Translations under genes and position numbers: made by a program | Shown here: piece after piece, positions 10,574 to 25,500 of the stretch | Layout: each line of letters starts with the position of its first letter | Position numbering within the stretch: the first letter of the stretch is position 1 | Assembly (NCBI GenBank): GCA_951406725.2 | Contig: OX597815.1 | Span: 206,150,001-206,214,000 of the forward strand | Source of the DNA: Octopus vulgaris | Lineage: Eukaryota | Direction of reading: 5' to 3' | Length of the DNA stretch: 64,000 bases | The notes under the pieces: model-generated | The model's input: the letters and a program-made list of their open reading frames with translations, nothing else | What the model was told of the DNA's origin: nothing | Database searches by the model: none

Positions 10574-13500
10574 TTTCCTCTATTTACATAATATTGAGGT
10601 CTCTTTCTTTCTTTTGTTATCTTACTGTTTTTTACCAATATACATATATATATATATATAAATATATATATATAGTTACAGAGATGTACTTGCATAGCAA
10701 GTGACTTGATCTGAGATCGTGTGCTGGAACGAAAACAGTTGCAGCGTTGAAGGTGTTTATAAGCCATTTAAGAAACACACAAAAACCGTTAGATTCACTT
10801 CAACATTTAAATTTAATTTGTCAAAATATTTTCGTCGCTTTGAGACCACGACCTGTTAAGCACGATATTTTTGTCAGTGAACAGGTCGCGGTCTGAAAGC
10901 GACGAAAATATTTTGGCAAATTAAATTTAAATGTTGAAGTGAATGTAACGGTTTTTGTGTGTTTCTTAAATGGCCTTACAAACACCTTCCACGCTGCAAT
11001 ATATATATACACACATATATATATATGTATGTATGTGTGTATATGTGTATGCATGTATATGTGTGTGTGGGTGCGTGTCTGTGCTTGTGATTGTCCTCCA
11101 CCATTGCTTGACAACGAATGTTGGTTTGTTTACATACCTGTCACCTAGTGGTTTGACAAAGGAAACAGATAGAATAAGTACAATGCTTACAAAAATAAAA
11201 CTGGAGTTGATTCATTAAACTACAATTCTTCAAGGCATTGCCCCAGCATGGCCACAGACCAATGGCTGGAAAAAGCAGAAGAATAAAAGAATACATTCTC
11301 TGCTTTGGTCATATGTTGAAGGCATGAGAAAGCTTGAGTTACATGAGAAGGCCTAACAGACCTGGTAGAAACAGCAGCCAAATCTCCTCAAATCACACCT
11401 TACTGTCTTATGTATGTATATATATATGAGCCAATGAGGGGGACCTCTACATGGTAGCTAGACCTGGTAGAAATAGCAGCCAAATTTCCCCCAAATCACA
11501 CCTTACTGTCTTATCTATGTATATATGTATGTATGAGCCTATGAGGGAGACCCCTACATGGCAGCTAGACCTGGTAGAAATAGCAGCCAAATTTCCCCCA
11601 AATCACACCTTACTGTCTTATCTATGTATATATGTATGTATGAGCCTATGAGGGGACCCCTACATGGCAGCTAGACCTGGTAGAAATAGCAGCCAAATTT
11701 CCCCCAAATCACACCTTACTGTCTTATCTATGTATATATGTATGTATGAGCCTATGAGGGAGACCCCTACATGGCAGCTAGACATGGTAGAAATAGCAGC
11801 CAAATCTCCCTCAAATCACACCTTACTGTCTTATCTTTCTGCTACTTGGATATAGGTGTTATATTCGTCGTTAAAAAACTTTCCTGTCACACACTCACGC
11901 ACACGCACACACACACACACACACACGCACCCTCACACACACACACACGCGCACACCCACACACACCCACTCACACACACGCACGTTAGCTTACAATTTT
12001 ATTTATATATTTGCGTGTCTGTGTGGAAAGAGGAAGTGGAATCAGAGTGAATGAATCACTCACTACAGTAAGTCAATTACTTTCATTTTATTCATTGCCC
12101 ACTGTGTGTGTGCGTTTGCGTGTGGTGTAAACCAGACTAAGAAAAGCATTTGACACACACACCAGAATGTGAGTTTTCTGTAAATTTATCTTAATTGGAG
12201 TTGAAATTTTAAAAACTGGACCTGGCATGACGCGATGCATTGTACTCTTAAAAATCCTAGGTAAATTGTAATTGAAGAAATCCTATATTGTAGATTTGTA
12301 TAACTCCCAAAGGGAGGCAGATAAAATCTGCCTTTTATAATAAGAGATATATATATATATACTAGCAGTATCGCCCGGCGTTGCTCGGGTTTGTAACGGA
12401 AATAATTATATAAGCATTTTTAGAGATGTAAAGTATAATAGCCATCTCAATATGGCTAAACACAAAGGGGGAGGGTGTTACTGTAGCTTTTTACGTTCTG
12501 AGATTTAATAATAAATTTTAGAGAGTTACTTCCCTTATATATGTCAAAAATGGATTAAAAATGGGAAAAATTGATGGTAAATTTTTTTAAATCGTAGACT
12601 CATCGTAGACGCGCGCTAATACCCAGACGGTCTCGATATGAATCACGACTATAAGATACCCGGTTTTGGTTAAACTGCACCGCAAAATGTGGGAGTTGTT
12701 AGGAATCTAAATCGTAGGAGACAGACACACAACCTCACTTTTATATATAAAGATTTCCTCTATTTACATAATATTGAGGTCTCTTTCTTTCTTTTGTTAT
12801 CTTACTGTTTTTACCAATATACATATATATATATATATAAATATATATATATAGTTACAGAGATGTACTTGCATAGCAAGTGACTTGATCTGAGATCGTG
12901 TGCTGGAACGAAAACAGTTGCAGCGTTGAAGGTGTTTATAAGCCATTTAAGAAACACACAAAAACCGTTAGATTCACTTCAACATTTAAATTTAATTTGT
13001 CAAAATATTTTCGTCGCTTTGAGACCACGACCTGTTAAGCACGATATTTTTGTCAGTGAACAGGTCGCGGTCTGAAAGCGACGAAAATATTTTGGCAAAT
13101 TAAATTTAAATGTTGAAGTGAATGTAACGGTTTTTGTGTGTTTCTTAAATGGCTTACAAACACCTTCCACGCTGCAATATATATATACACACATATATAT
13201 ATATGTATGTATGTGTGTATATGTGTATGCATGTATATGTGTGTGTGGGTGCGTGTCTGTGCTTGTGATTGTCCTCCACCATTGCTTGACAACGAATGTT
13301 GGTTTGTTTACATACCTGTCACCTAGTGGTTTGACAAAGGAAACAGATAGAATAAGTACAATGCTTACAAAAATAAAACTGGAGTTGATTCATTAAACTA
13401 CAATTCTTCAAGGCATTGCCCCAGCATGGCCACAGACCAATGGCTGGAAAAAGCAGAAGAATAAAAGAATACATTCTCTGCTTTGGTCATATGTTGAAGG

Positions 13501-16500
13501 CATGAGAAAGCTTGAGTTACATGAGAAGGCCTAACAGACCTGGTAGAAACAGCAGCCAAATCTCCCTCAAATCACACCTTACTGTCTTATGTATGTATAT
13601 ATATATGAGCCAATGAGGGGGACCTCTACATGGTAGCTAGACCTGGTAGAAATAGCAGCCAAATTTCCCCCAAATCACACCTTACTGTCTTATCTATGTA
13701 TATATGTATGTATGAGCCTATGAGGGAGACCCCTACATGGCAGCTAGACCTGGTAGAAATAGCAGCCAAATTTCCCCCAAATCACACCTTACTGTCTTAT
13801 CTATGTATATATGTATGTATGAGCCTATGAGGGAGACCCCTACATGGCAGCTAGACCTGGTAGAAATAGCAGCCAAATTTCCCCCAAATCACACCTTACT
13901 GTCTTATCTATGTATATATGTATGTATGAGCCTATGAGGGAGACCCCTACATGGCAGCTAGACATGGTAGAAATAGCAGCCAAATCTCCCTCAAATCACA
14001 CCTTACTGTCTTATCTTTCTGCTACTTGGATATAGGTGTTATATTCGTCGTTAAAAAACTTTCCTGTCACACACTCACGCACACGCACACACACACACAC
14101 ACACACACGCACCCTCACACACACACACACGCGCACACCCACACACACCCACTCACACACACGCACGTTAGCTTACAATTTTATTTATATATTTGCGTGT
14201 CTGTGTGGAAAGAGGAAGTGGAATCAGAGTGAATGAATCACTCACTACAGTAAGTCAATTACTTTCATTTTATTCATTGCCCACTGTGTGTGTGCGTTTG
14301 CGTGTGGTGTAAACCAGACTAAGAAAAGCATTTGACACACACACCAGAATGTGAGTTTTCTGTAAATTTATCTTAATTGGAGTTGAAATTTTAAAAACTG
14401 GACCTGGCATGACGCGATGCATTGTACTCTTAAAAATCCTAGGTAAATTGTAATTGAAGAAATCCTATATTGTAGATTTGTATAACTCCCAAAGGGAGGC
14501 AGATAAAATCTGCCTTTTATAATAAGAGATATATATATATATACTAGCAGTATCGCCCGGCGTTGCTCGGGTTTGTAACGGAAATAATTATATAAGCATT
14601 TTTAGAGATGTAAAGTATAATAGCCATCTCAATATGGCTAAACACAAAGGGGGAGGGTGTTACTGTAGCTTTTTACGTTCTGAGATTTAATAATAAATTT
14701 TAGAGAGTTACTTCCCTTATATATGTCAAAAATGGATTAAAAATGGGAAAAATTGATGGTAAATTTTTTTAAATCGTAGACTCATCGTAGACGCGCGCTA
14801 ATACCCAGACGGTCTCGATATGAATCACGACTATAAGATACCCGGTTTTGGTTAAACTGCACCGCAAAATGTGGGAGTTGTTAGGAATCTAAATCGTAGG
14901 AGACAGACACACAACCTCACTTTTATATATAAAGATTTCCTCTATTTACATAATATTGAGGTCTCTTTCTTTCTTTTGTTATCTTACTGTTTTTACCAAT
15001 ATACATATATATATATATATAAATATATATATATAGTTACAGAGATGTACTTGCATATCAAGTGACTTGATCTGAGATCGTGTGCTGGAACGAAAACAGT
15101 TGCAGCGTTGAAGGTGTTTATAAGCCATTTAAGAAACACACAAAAACCGTTAGATTCACTTCAACATTTAAATTTAATTTGTCAAAATATTTTCGTCGCT
15201 TTGAGACCACGACCTGTTAAGCACGATATTTTTGTCAGTGAACAGGTCGCGGTCTGAAAGCGACGAAAATATTTTGGCAAATTAAATTTAAATGTTGAAG
15301 TGAATGTAACGGTTTTTGTGTGTTTCTTAAATGGCTTACAAACACCTTCCACGCTGCAATATATATATACACACATATATATATATGTATGTATGTGTGT
15401 ATATGTGTATGCATGTATATGTGTGTGTGGGTGCGTGTCTGTGCTTGTGATTGTCCTCCACCATTGCTTGACAACGAATGTTGGTTTGTTTACATACCTG
15501 TCACCTAGTGGTTTGACAAAGGAAACAGATAGAATAAGTACAATGCTTACAAAAATAAAACTGGAGTTGATTCATTAAACTACAATTCTTCAAGGCATTG
15601 CCCCAGCATGGCCACAGACCAATGGCTGGAAAAAGCAGAAGAATAAAAGAATACATTCTCTGCTTTGGTCATATGTTGAAGGCATGAGAAAGCTTGAGTT
15701 ACATGAGAAGGCCTAACAGACCTGGTAGAAACAGCAGCCAAATCTCCCTCAAATCACACCTTACTGTCTTATGTATGTATATATATATGAGCCAATGAGG
15801 GGGACCTCTACATGGTAGCTAGACCTGGTAGAAATAGCAGCCAAATTTCCCCCAAATCACACCTTACTGTCTTATCTATGTATATATGTATGTATGAGCC
15901 TATGAGGGAGACCCCTACATGGCAGCTAGACCTGGTAGAAATAGCAGCCAAATTTCCCCCAAATCACACCTTATTGTCTTATCTATGTATATATGTATGT
16001 ATGAGCCTATGAGGGAGACCCCTACATGGCAGCTAGACCTGGTAGAAATAGCAGCCAAATTTCCCCCAAATCACACCTTACTGTCTTATATATGTATATA
16101 TGTATGTATGAGCCTATGAGGGAGACCCCTACATGGCAGCTAGACATGGTAGAAATAGCAGCCAAATCTCCCTCAAATCACACCTTACTGTCTTATCTTT
16201 CTGCTACTTGGATATAGGTGTTATATTCGTCGTTAAAAAACTTTCCTGTCACACACTCACGCACACGCACACACACACACACACACACGCACCCTCACAC
16301 ACACACACACGCGCACACCCACACACACCCACTCACACACACGCACGTTAGCTTACAATTTTATTTATATATTTGCGTGTCTGTGTGGAAAGAGGAAGTG
16401 GAATCAGAGTGAATGAATCACTCACTACAGTAAGTCAATTACTTTCATTTTATTCATTGCCCACTGTGTGTGTGCGTTTGCGTGTGGTGTAAACCAGACT

Positions 16501-19500
16501 AAGAAAAGCATTTGACACACACACCAGAATGTGAGTTTTCTGTAAATTTATCTTAATTGGAGTTGAAATTTTAAAAACTGGACCTGGCATGACGCGATGC
16601 ATTGTACTCTTAAAAATCCTAGGTAAATTGTAATTGAAGAAATCCTATATTGTAGATTTGTATAACTCCCAAAGGGAGGCAGATAAAATCTGCCTTTTAT
16701 AATAAGAGATATATATATATATACTAGCAGTATCGCCCGGCGTTGCTCGGGTTTGTAACGGAAATAATTATATAAGCATTTTTAGAGATGTAAAGTATAA
16801 TAGCCATCTCAATATGGCTAAACACAAAGGGGAGGGGTGTTACTGTAGCTTTTTACGTTCTGAGATTTAATAATAAATTTTAGAGAGTTACTTCCCTTAT
16901 ATATGTCAAAAATGGATTAAAAATGGGAAAAATTGATGGTAAATTTTTTTAAATCGTAGACTCATCGTAGACGCGCGCTAATACCCAGACGGTCTCGATA
17001 TGAATCACGACTATAAGATACCCGGTTTTGGTTAAACTGCACCGCAAAATGTGGGAGTTGTTAGGAATCTAAATCGTAGGAGACAGACACACAACCTCAC
17101 TTTTATATATAAAGATTTCCTCTATTTACATAATATTGAGGTCTCTTTCTTTCTTTTGTTATCTTACTGTTTTTACCAATATACATATATATATATATAT
17201 ATAAATATATATATATAGTTACAGAGATGTACTTGCATAGCAAGTGACTTGATCTGAGATCGTGTGCTGGAACGAAAACAGTTGCAGCGTTGAAGGTGTT
17301 TATAAGCCATTTAAGAAACACACAAAAACCGTTAGATTCACTTCAACATTTAAATTTAATTTGTGAAAATATTTTCGTCGCTTTGAGACCACGACCTGTT
17401 AAGCACGATATTTTTGTCAGTGAACAGGTCGCGGTCTGAAAGCGACGAAAATATTTTGGCAAATTAAATTTAAATGTTGAAGTGAATGTAACGGTTTTTG
17501 TGTGTTTCTTAAATGGCTTACAAACACCTTCCACGCTGCAATATATATATACACACATATATATATATGTATGTATGTGTGTATATGTGTATGCATGTAT
17601 ATGTGTGTGTGGGTGCGTGTCTGTGCTTGTGATTGTCCTCCACCATTGCTTGACAACGAATGTTGGTTTGTTTACATACCTGTCACCTAGTGGTTTGACA
17701 AAGGAAACAGATAGAATAAGTACAATGCTTACAAAAATAAAACTGGAGTTGATTCATTAAACTACAATTCTTCAAGGCATTGCCCCAGCATGGCCACAGA
17801 CCAATGGCTGGAAAAAGCAGAAGAATAAAAGAATACATTCTCTGCTTTGGTCATATGTTGAAGGCATGAGAAAGCTTGAGTTACATGAGAAGGCCTAACA
17901 GACCTGGTAGAAACAGCAGCCAAATCTCCCTCAAATCACACCTTACTGTCTTATGTATGTATATATATATGAGCCAATGAGGGGGACCTCTACATGGTAG
18001 CTAGACCTGGTAGAAATAGCAGCCAAATTTCCCCCAAATCACACCTTACTGTCTTATCTATGTATATATGTATGTATGAGCCTATGAGGGAGACCCCTAC
18101 ATGGCAGCTAGACCTGGTAGAAATAGCAGCCAAATTTCCCCCAAATCACACCTTACTGTCTTATCTATGTATATATGTATGTATGAGCCTATGAGGGAGA
18201 CCCCTACATGGCAGCTCGACCTGGTAGAAATAGCAGCCAAATTTCCCCCAAATCACACCTTACTGTCTTATCTATGTATATATGTATGTATGAGCCTATG
18301 AGGGAGACCCCTACATGGCAGCTAGACATGGTAGAAATAGCAGCCAAATCTCCCTCAAATCACACCTTACTGTCTTATCTTTCTGCTACTTGGATATAGG
18401 TGTTATATTCGTCGTTAAAAAACTTTCCTGTCACACACTCACGCACACACACACACACACACACACACGCACCCTCACACACACACACACACGCGCACAC
18501 CCACACACACCCACTCACACACACGCACGTTAGCTTACAATTTTATTTATATATTTGCGTGTCTGTGTGGAAAGAGGAAGTGGAATCAGAGTGAATGAAT
18601 CACTCACTACAGTAAGTCAATTACTTTCATTTTATTCATTGCCCACTGTGTGTGTGCGTTTGCGTGTGGTGTAAACCAGACTAAGAAAAGCATTTGACAC
18701 ACACACCAGAATGTGAGTTTTCTGTAAATTTATCTTAATTGGAGTTGAAATTTTAAAAACTGGACCTGGCATGACGCGATGCATTGTACTCTTAAAAATC
18801 CTAGGTAAATTGTAATTGAAGAAATCCTATATTGTAGATTTGTATAACTCCCAAAGGGAGGCAGATAAAATCTGCCTTTTATAATAAGAGATATATATAT
18901 ATATACTAGCAGTATCGCCCGGCGTTGCTCGGGTTTGTAACGGAAATAATTATATAAGCATTTTTAGAGATGTAAAGTATAATAGCCATCTCAATATGGC
19001 TAAACACAAAGGGGGAGGGGTGTTACTGTAGCTTTTTACGTTCTGAGATTTAATAATAAATTTTAGAGAGTTACTTCCCTTATATATGTCAAAAATGGAT
19101 TAAAAATGGGAAAAATTGATGGTAAATTTTTTTAAATCGTAGACTCATCGTAGACGCGCGCTAATACCCAGACGGTCTCGATATGAATCACGACTATAAG
19201 ATACCCGGTTTTGGTTAAACTGCACCGCAAAATGTGGGAGTTGTTAGGAATCTAAATCGTAGGAGACAGACACACAACCTCACTTTTATATATAAAGATT
19301 TCCTCTATTTACATAATATTGAGGTCTCTTTCTTTCTTTTGTTATCTTACTGTTTTTACCAATATACATATATATATATATATATAAATATATATATATA
19401 GTTACAGAGATGTACTTGCATAGCAAGTGACTTGATCTGAGATCGTGTGCTGGAACGAAAACAGTTGCAGCGTTGAAGGTGTTTATAAGCCATTTAAGAA

Positions 19501-22500
19501 ACACACAAAAACCGTTAGATTCACTTCAACATTTAAATTTAATTTGTCAAAATATTTTCGTCGCTTTGAGACCACGACCTGTTAAGCACGATATTTTTGT
19601 CAGTGAACAGGTCGCGGTCTGAAAGCGACGAAAATATTTTGGCAAATTAAATTTAAATGTTGAAGTGAATGTAACGGTTTTTGTGTGTTTCTTAAATGGC
19701 TTACAAACACCTTCCACGCTGCAATATATATATACACACATATATATATATGTATGTATGTGTGTATATGTGTATGCATGTATATGTGTGTGTGGGTGCG
19801 TGTCTGTGCTTGTGATTGTCCTCCACCATTGCTTGACAACGAATGTTGGTTTGTTTACATACCTGTCACCTAGTGGTTTGACAAAGGAAACAGATAGAAT
19901 AAGTACAATGCTTACAAAAATAAAACTGGAGTTGATTCATTAAACTACAATTCTTCAAGGCATTGCCCCAGCATGGCCACAGACCAATGGCTGGAAAAAG
20001 CAGAAGAATAAAAGAATACATTCTCTGCTTTGGTCATATGTTGAAGGCATGAGAAAGCTTGAGTTACATGAGAAGGCCTAACAGACCTGGTAGAAACAGC
20101 AGCCAAATCTCCCTCAAATCACACCTTACTGTCTTATGTATGTATATATATATGAGCCAATGAGGGGGACCTCTACATGGTAGCTAGACCTGGTAGAAAT
20201 AGCAGCCAAATTTCCCCCAAATCACACCTTACTGTCTTATCTATGTATATATGTATGTATGAGCCTATGAGGGAGACCCCTACATGGCAGCTAGACCTGG
20301 TAGAAATAGCAGCCAAATTTCCCCCAAATCACACCTTACTGTCTTATCTATGTATATATGTATGTATGAGCCTATGAGGGAGACCCCTACATGGCAGCTA
20401 GACCTGGTAGAAATAGCAGCCAAATTTCCCCCAAATCACACCTTACTGTCTTATCTATGTATATATGTATGTATGAGCCTATGAGGGAGACCCCTACATG
20501 GCAGCTAGACATGGTAGAAATAGCAGCCAAATCTCCCTCAAATCACACCTTACTGTCTTATCTTTCTGCTACTTGGATATAGGTGTTATATTCGTCGTTA
20601 AAAAACTTTCCTGTCACACACTCACGCACACGCACACACACACACACACACACGCACCCTCACACACACACACACGCGCACACCCACACACACCCACTCA
20701 CACACACGCACGTTAGCTTACAATTTTATTTATATATTTGCGTGTCTGTGTGGAAAGAGGAAGTGGAATCAGAGTGAATGAATCACTCACTACAGTAAGT
20801 CAATTACTTTCATTTTATTCATTGCCCACTGTGTGTGTGCGTTTGCGTGTGGTGTAAACCAGACTAAGAAAAGCATTTGACACACACACCAGAATGTGAG
20901 TTTTCTGTAAATTTATCTTAATTGGAGTTGAAATTTTAAAAACTGGACCTGGCATGACGCGATGCATTGTACTCTTAAAAATCCTAGGTAAATTGTAATT
21001 GAAGAAATCCTATATTGTAGATTTGTATAACTCCCAAAGGGAGGCAGATAAAATCTGCCTTTTATAATAAGAGATATATATATATATACTAGCAGTATCG
21101 CCCGGCGTTGCTCGGGTTTGTAACGGAAATAATTATATAAGCATTTTTAGAGATGTAAAGTATAATAGCCATCTCAATATGGCTAAACACAAAGGGGGAG
21201 GGGTGTTACTGTAGCTTTTTACGTTCTGAGATTTAATAATAAATTTTAGAGAGTTACTTCCCTTATATATGTCAAAAATGGATTAAAAATGGGAAAAATT
21301 GATGGTAAATTTTTTTAAATCGTAGACTCATCGTAGACGCGCGCTAATACCCAGACGGTCTCGATATGAATCACGACTATAAGATACCCGGTTTTGGTTA
21401 AACTGCACCGCAAAATGTGGGAGTTGTTAGGAATCTAAATCGTAGGAGACAGACACACAACCTCACTTTTATATATAAAGATTTCCTCTATTTACATAAT
21501 ATTGAGGTCTCTTTCTTTCTTTTGTTATCTTACTGTTTTTACCAATATACATATATATATATATATATAAATATATATATATAGTTACAGAGATGTACTT
21601 GCATAGCAAGTGACTTGATCTGAGATCGTGTGCTGGAACGAAAACAGTTGCAGCGTTGAAGGTGTTTATAAGCCATTTAAGAAACACACAAAAACCGTTA
21701 GATTCACTTCAACATTTAAATTTAATTTGTGAAAATATTTTCGTCGCTTTGAGACCACGACCTGTTAAGCACGATATTTTTGTCAGTGAACAGGTCGCGG
21801 TCTGAAAGCGACGAAAATATTTTGGCAAATTAAATTTAAATGTTGAAGTGAATGTAACGGTTTTTGTGTGTTTCTTAAATGGCTTACAAACACCTTCCAC
21901 GCTGCAATATATATATACACACATATATATATATGTATGTATGTGTGTATATGTGTATGCATGTATATGTGTGTGTGGGTGCGTGTCTGTGCTTGTGATT
22001 GTCCTCCACCATTGCTTGACAACGAATGTTGGTTTGTTTACATACCTGTCACCTAGTGGTTTGACAAAGGAAACAGATAGAATAAGTACAATGCTTACAA
22101 AAATAAAACTGGAGTTGATTCATTAAACTACAATTCTTCAAGGCATTGCCCCAGCATGGCCACAGACCAATGGCTGGAAAAAGCAGAAGAATAAAAGAAT
22201 ACATTCTCTGCTTTGGTCATATGTTGAAGGCATGAGAAAGCTTGAGTTACATGAGAAGGCCTAACAGACCTGGTAGAAACAGCAGCCAAATCTCCCTCAA
22301 ATCACACCTTACTGTCTTATGTATGTATATATATATGAGCCAATGAGGGGGACCTCTACATGGTAGCTAGACCTGGTAGAAATAGCAGCCAAATTTCCCC
22401 CAAATCACACCTTACTGTCTTATCTATGTATATATGTATGTATGAGCCTATGAGGGAGACCCCTACATGGCAGCTAGACCTGGTAGAAATAGCAGCCAAA

Positions 22501-25500
22501 TTTCCCCCAAATCACACCTTATTGTCTTATCTATGTATATATGTATGTATGAGCCTATGAGGGAGACCCCTACATGGCAGCTAGACCTGGTAGAAATAGC
22601 AGCCAAATTTCCCCCAAATCACACCTTACTGTCTTATCTATGTATATATGTATGTATGAGCCTATGAGGGAGACCCCTACATGGCAGCTAGACATGGTAG
22701 AAATAGCAGCCAAATCTCCCTCAAATCACACCTTACTGTCTTATCTTTCTGCTACTTGGATATAGGTGTTATATTCGTCGTTAAAAAACTTTCCTGTCAC
22801 ACACTCACGCACACGCACACACACACACACACACACGCACCCTCACACACACACACACGCGCACACCCACACACACCCACTCACACACACGCACGTTAGC
22901 TTACAATTTTATTTATATATTTGCGTGTCTGTGTGGAAAGAGGAAGTGGAATCAGAGTGAATGAATCACTCACTACAGTAAGTCAATTACTTTCATTTTA
23001 TTCATTGCCCACTGTGTGTGTGCGTTTGCGTGTGGTGTAAACCAGACTAAGAAAAGCATTTGACACACACACCAGAATGTGAGTTTTCTGTAAATTTATC
23101 TTAATTGGAGTTGAAATTTTAAAAACTGGACCTGGCATGACGCGATGCATTGTACTCTTAAAAATCCTAGGTAAATTGTAATTGAAGAAATCCTATATTG
23201 TAGATTTGTATAACTCCCAAAGGGAGGCAGATAAAATCTGCCTTTTATAATAAGAGATATATATATATATACTAGCAGTATCGCCCGGCGTTGCTCGGGT
23301 TTGTAACGGAAATAATTATATAAGCATTTTTAGAGATGTAAAGTATAATAGCCATCTCAATATGGCTAAACACAAAGGGGGAGGGGTGTTACTGTAGCTT
23401 TTTACGTTCTGAGATTTAATAATAAATTTTAGAGAGTTACTTCCCTTATATATGTCAAAAATGGATTAAAAATGGGAAAAATTGATGGTAAATTTTTTTA
23501 AATCGTAGACTCATCGTAGACGCGCGCTAATACCCAGACGGTCTCGATATGAATCACGACTATAAGATACCCGGTTTTGGTTAAACTGCACCGCAAAATG
23601 TGGGAGTTGTTAGGAATCTAAATCGTAGGAGACAGACACACAACCTCACTTTTATATATAAAGATTTCCTCTATTTACATAATATTGAGGTCTCTTTCTT
23701 TCTTTTGTTATCTTACTGTTTTTACCAATATACATATATATATATATATATAAATATATATATATAGTTACAGAGATGTACTTGCATAGCAAGTGACTTG
23801 ATCTGAGATCGTGTGCTGGAACGAAAACAGTTGCAGCGTTGAAGGTGTTTATAAGCCATTTAAGAAACACACAAAAACCGTTAGATTCACTTCAACATTT
23901 AAATTTAATTTGTCAAAATATTTTCGTCGCTTTGAGACCACGACCTGTTAAGCACGATATTTTTGTCAGTGAACAGGTCGCGGTCTGAAAGCGACGAAAA
24001 TATTTTGGCAAATTAAATTTAAATGTTGAAGTGAATGTAACGGTTTTTGTGTGTTTCTTAAATGGCTTACAAACACCTTCCACGCTGCAATATATATATA
24101 CACACATATATATATATGTATGTATGTGTGTATATGTGTATGCATGTATATGTGTGTGTGGGTGCGTGTCTGTGCTTGTGATTGTCCTCCACCATTGCTT
24201 GACAACGAATGTTGGTTTGTTTACATACCTGTCACCTAGTGGTTTGACAAAGGAAACAGATAGAATAAGTACAATGCTTACAAAAATAAAACTGGAGTTG
24301 ATTCATTAAACTACAATTCTTCAAGGCATTGCCCCAGCATGGCCACAGACCAATGGCTGGAAAAAGCAGAAGAATAAAAGAATACATTCTCTGCTTTGGT
24401 CATATGTTGAAGGCATGAGAAAGCTTGAGTTACATGAGAAGGCCTAACAGACCTGGTAGAAACAGCAGCCAAATCTCCCTCAAATCACACCTTACTGTCT
24501 TATGTATGTATATATATATGAGCCAATGAGGGGGACCTCTACATGGTAGCTAGACCTGGTAGAAATAGCAGCCAAATTTCCCCCAAATCACACCTTACTG
24601 TCTTATCTATGTATATATGTATGTATGAGCCTATGAGGGAGACCCCTACATGGCAGCTAGACCTGGTAGAAATAGCAGCCAAATTTCCCCCAAATCACAC
24701 CTTACTGTCTTATCTATGTATATATGTATGTATGAGCCTATGAGGGAGACCCCTACATGGCAGCTCGACCTGGTAGAAATAGCAGCCAAATTTCCCCCAA
24801 ATCACACCTTACTGTCTTATCTATGTATATATGTATGTATGAGCCTATGAGGGAGACCCCTACATGGCAGCTAGACATGGTAGAAATAGCAGCCAAATCT
24901 CCCTCAAATCACACCTTACTGTCTTATCTTTCTGCTACTTGGATATAGGTGTTATATTCGTCGTTAAAAAACTTTCCTGTCACACACTCACGCACACGCA
25001 CACACACACACACACACACGCACCCTCACACACACACACACGCGCACACCCACACACACCCACTCACACACACGCACGTTAGCTTACAATTTTATTTATA
25101 TATTTGCGTGTCTGTGTGGAAAGAGGAAGTGGAATCAGAGTGAATGAATCACTCACTACAGTAAGTCAATTACTTTCATTTTATTCATTGCCCACTGTGT
25201 GTGTGCGTTTGCGTGTGGTGTAAACCAGACTAAGAAAAGCATTTGACACACACACCAGAATGTGAGTTTTCTGTAAATTTATCTTAATTGGAGTTGAAAT
25301 TTTAAAAACTGGACCTGGCATGACGCGATGCATTGTACTCTTAAAAATCCTAGGTAAATTGTAATTGAAGAAATCCTATATTGTAGATTTGTATAACTCC
25401 CAAAGGGAGGCAGATAAAATCTGCCTTTTATAATAAGAGATATATATATATATACTAGCAGTATCGCCCGGCGTTGCTCGGGTTTGTAACGGAAATAATT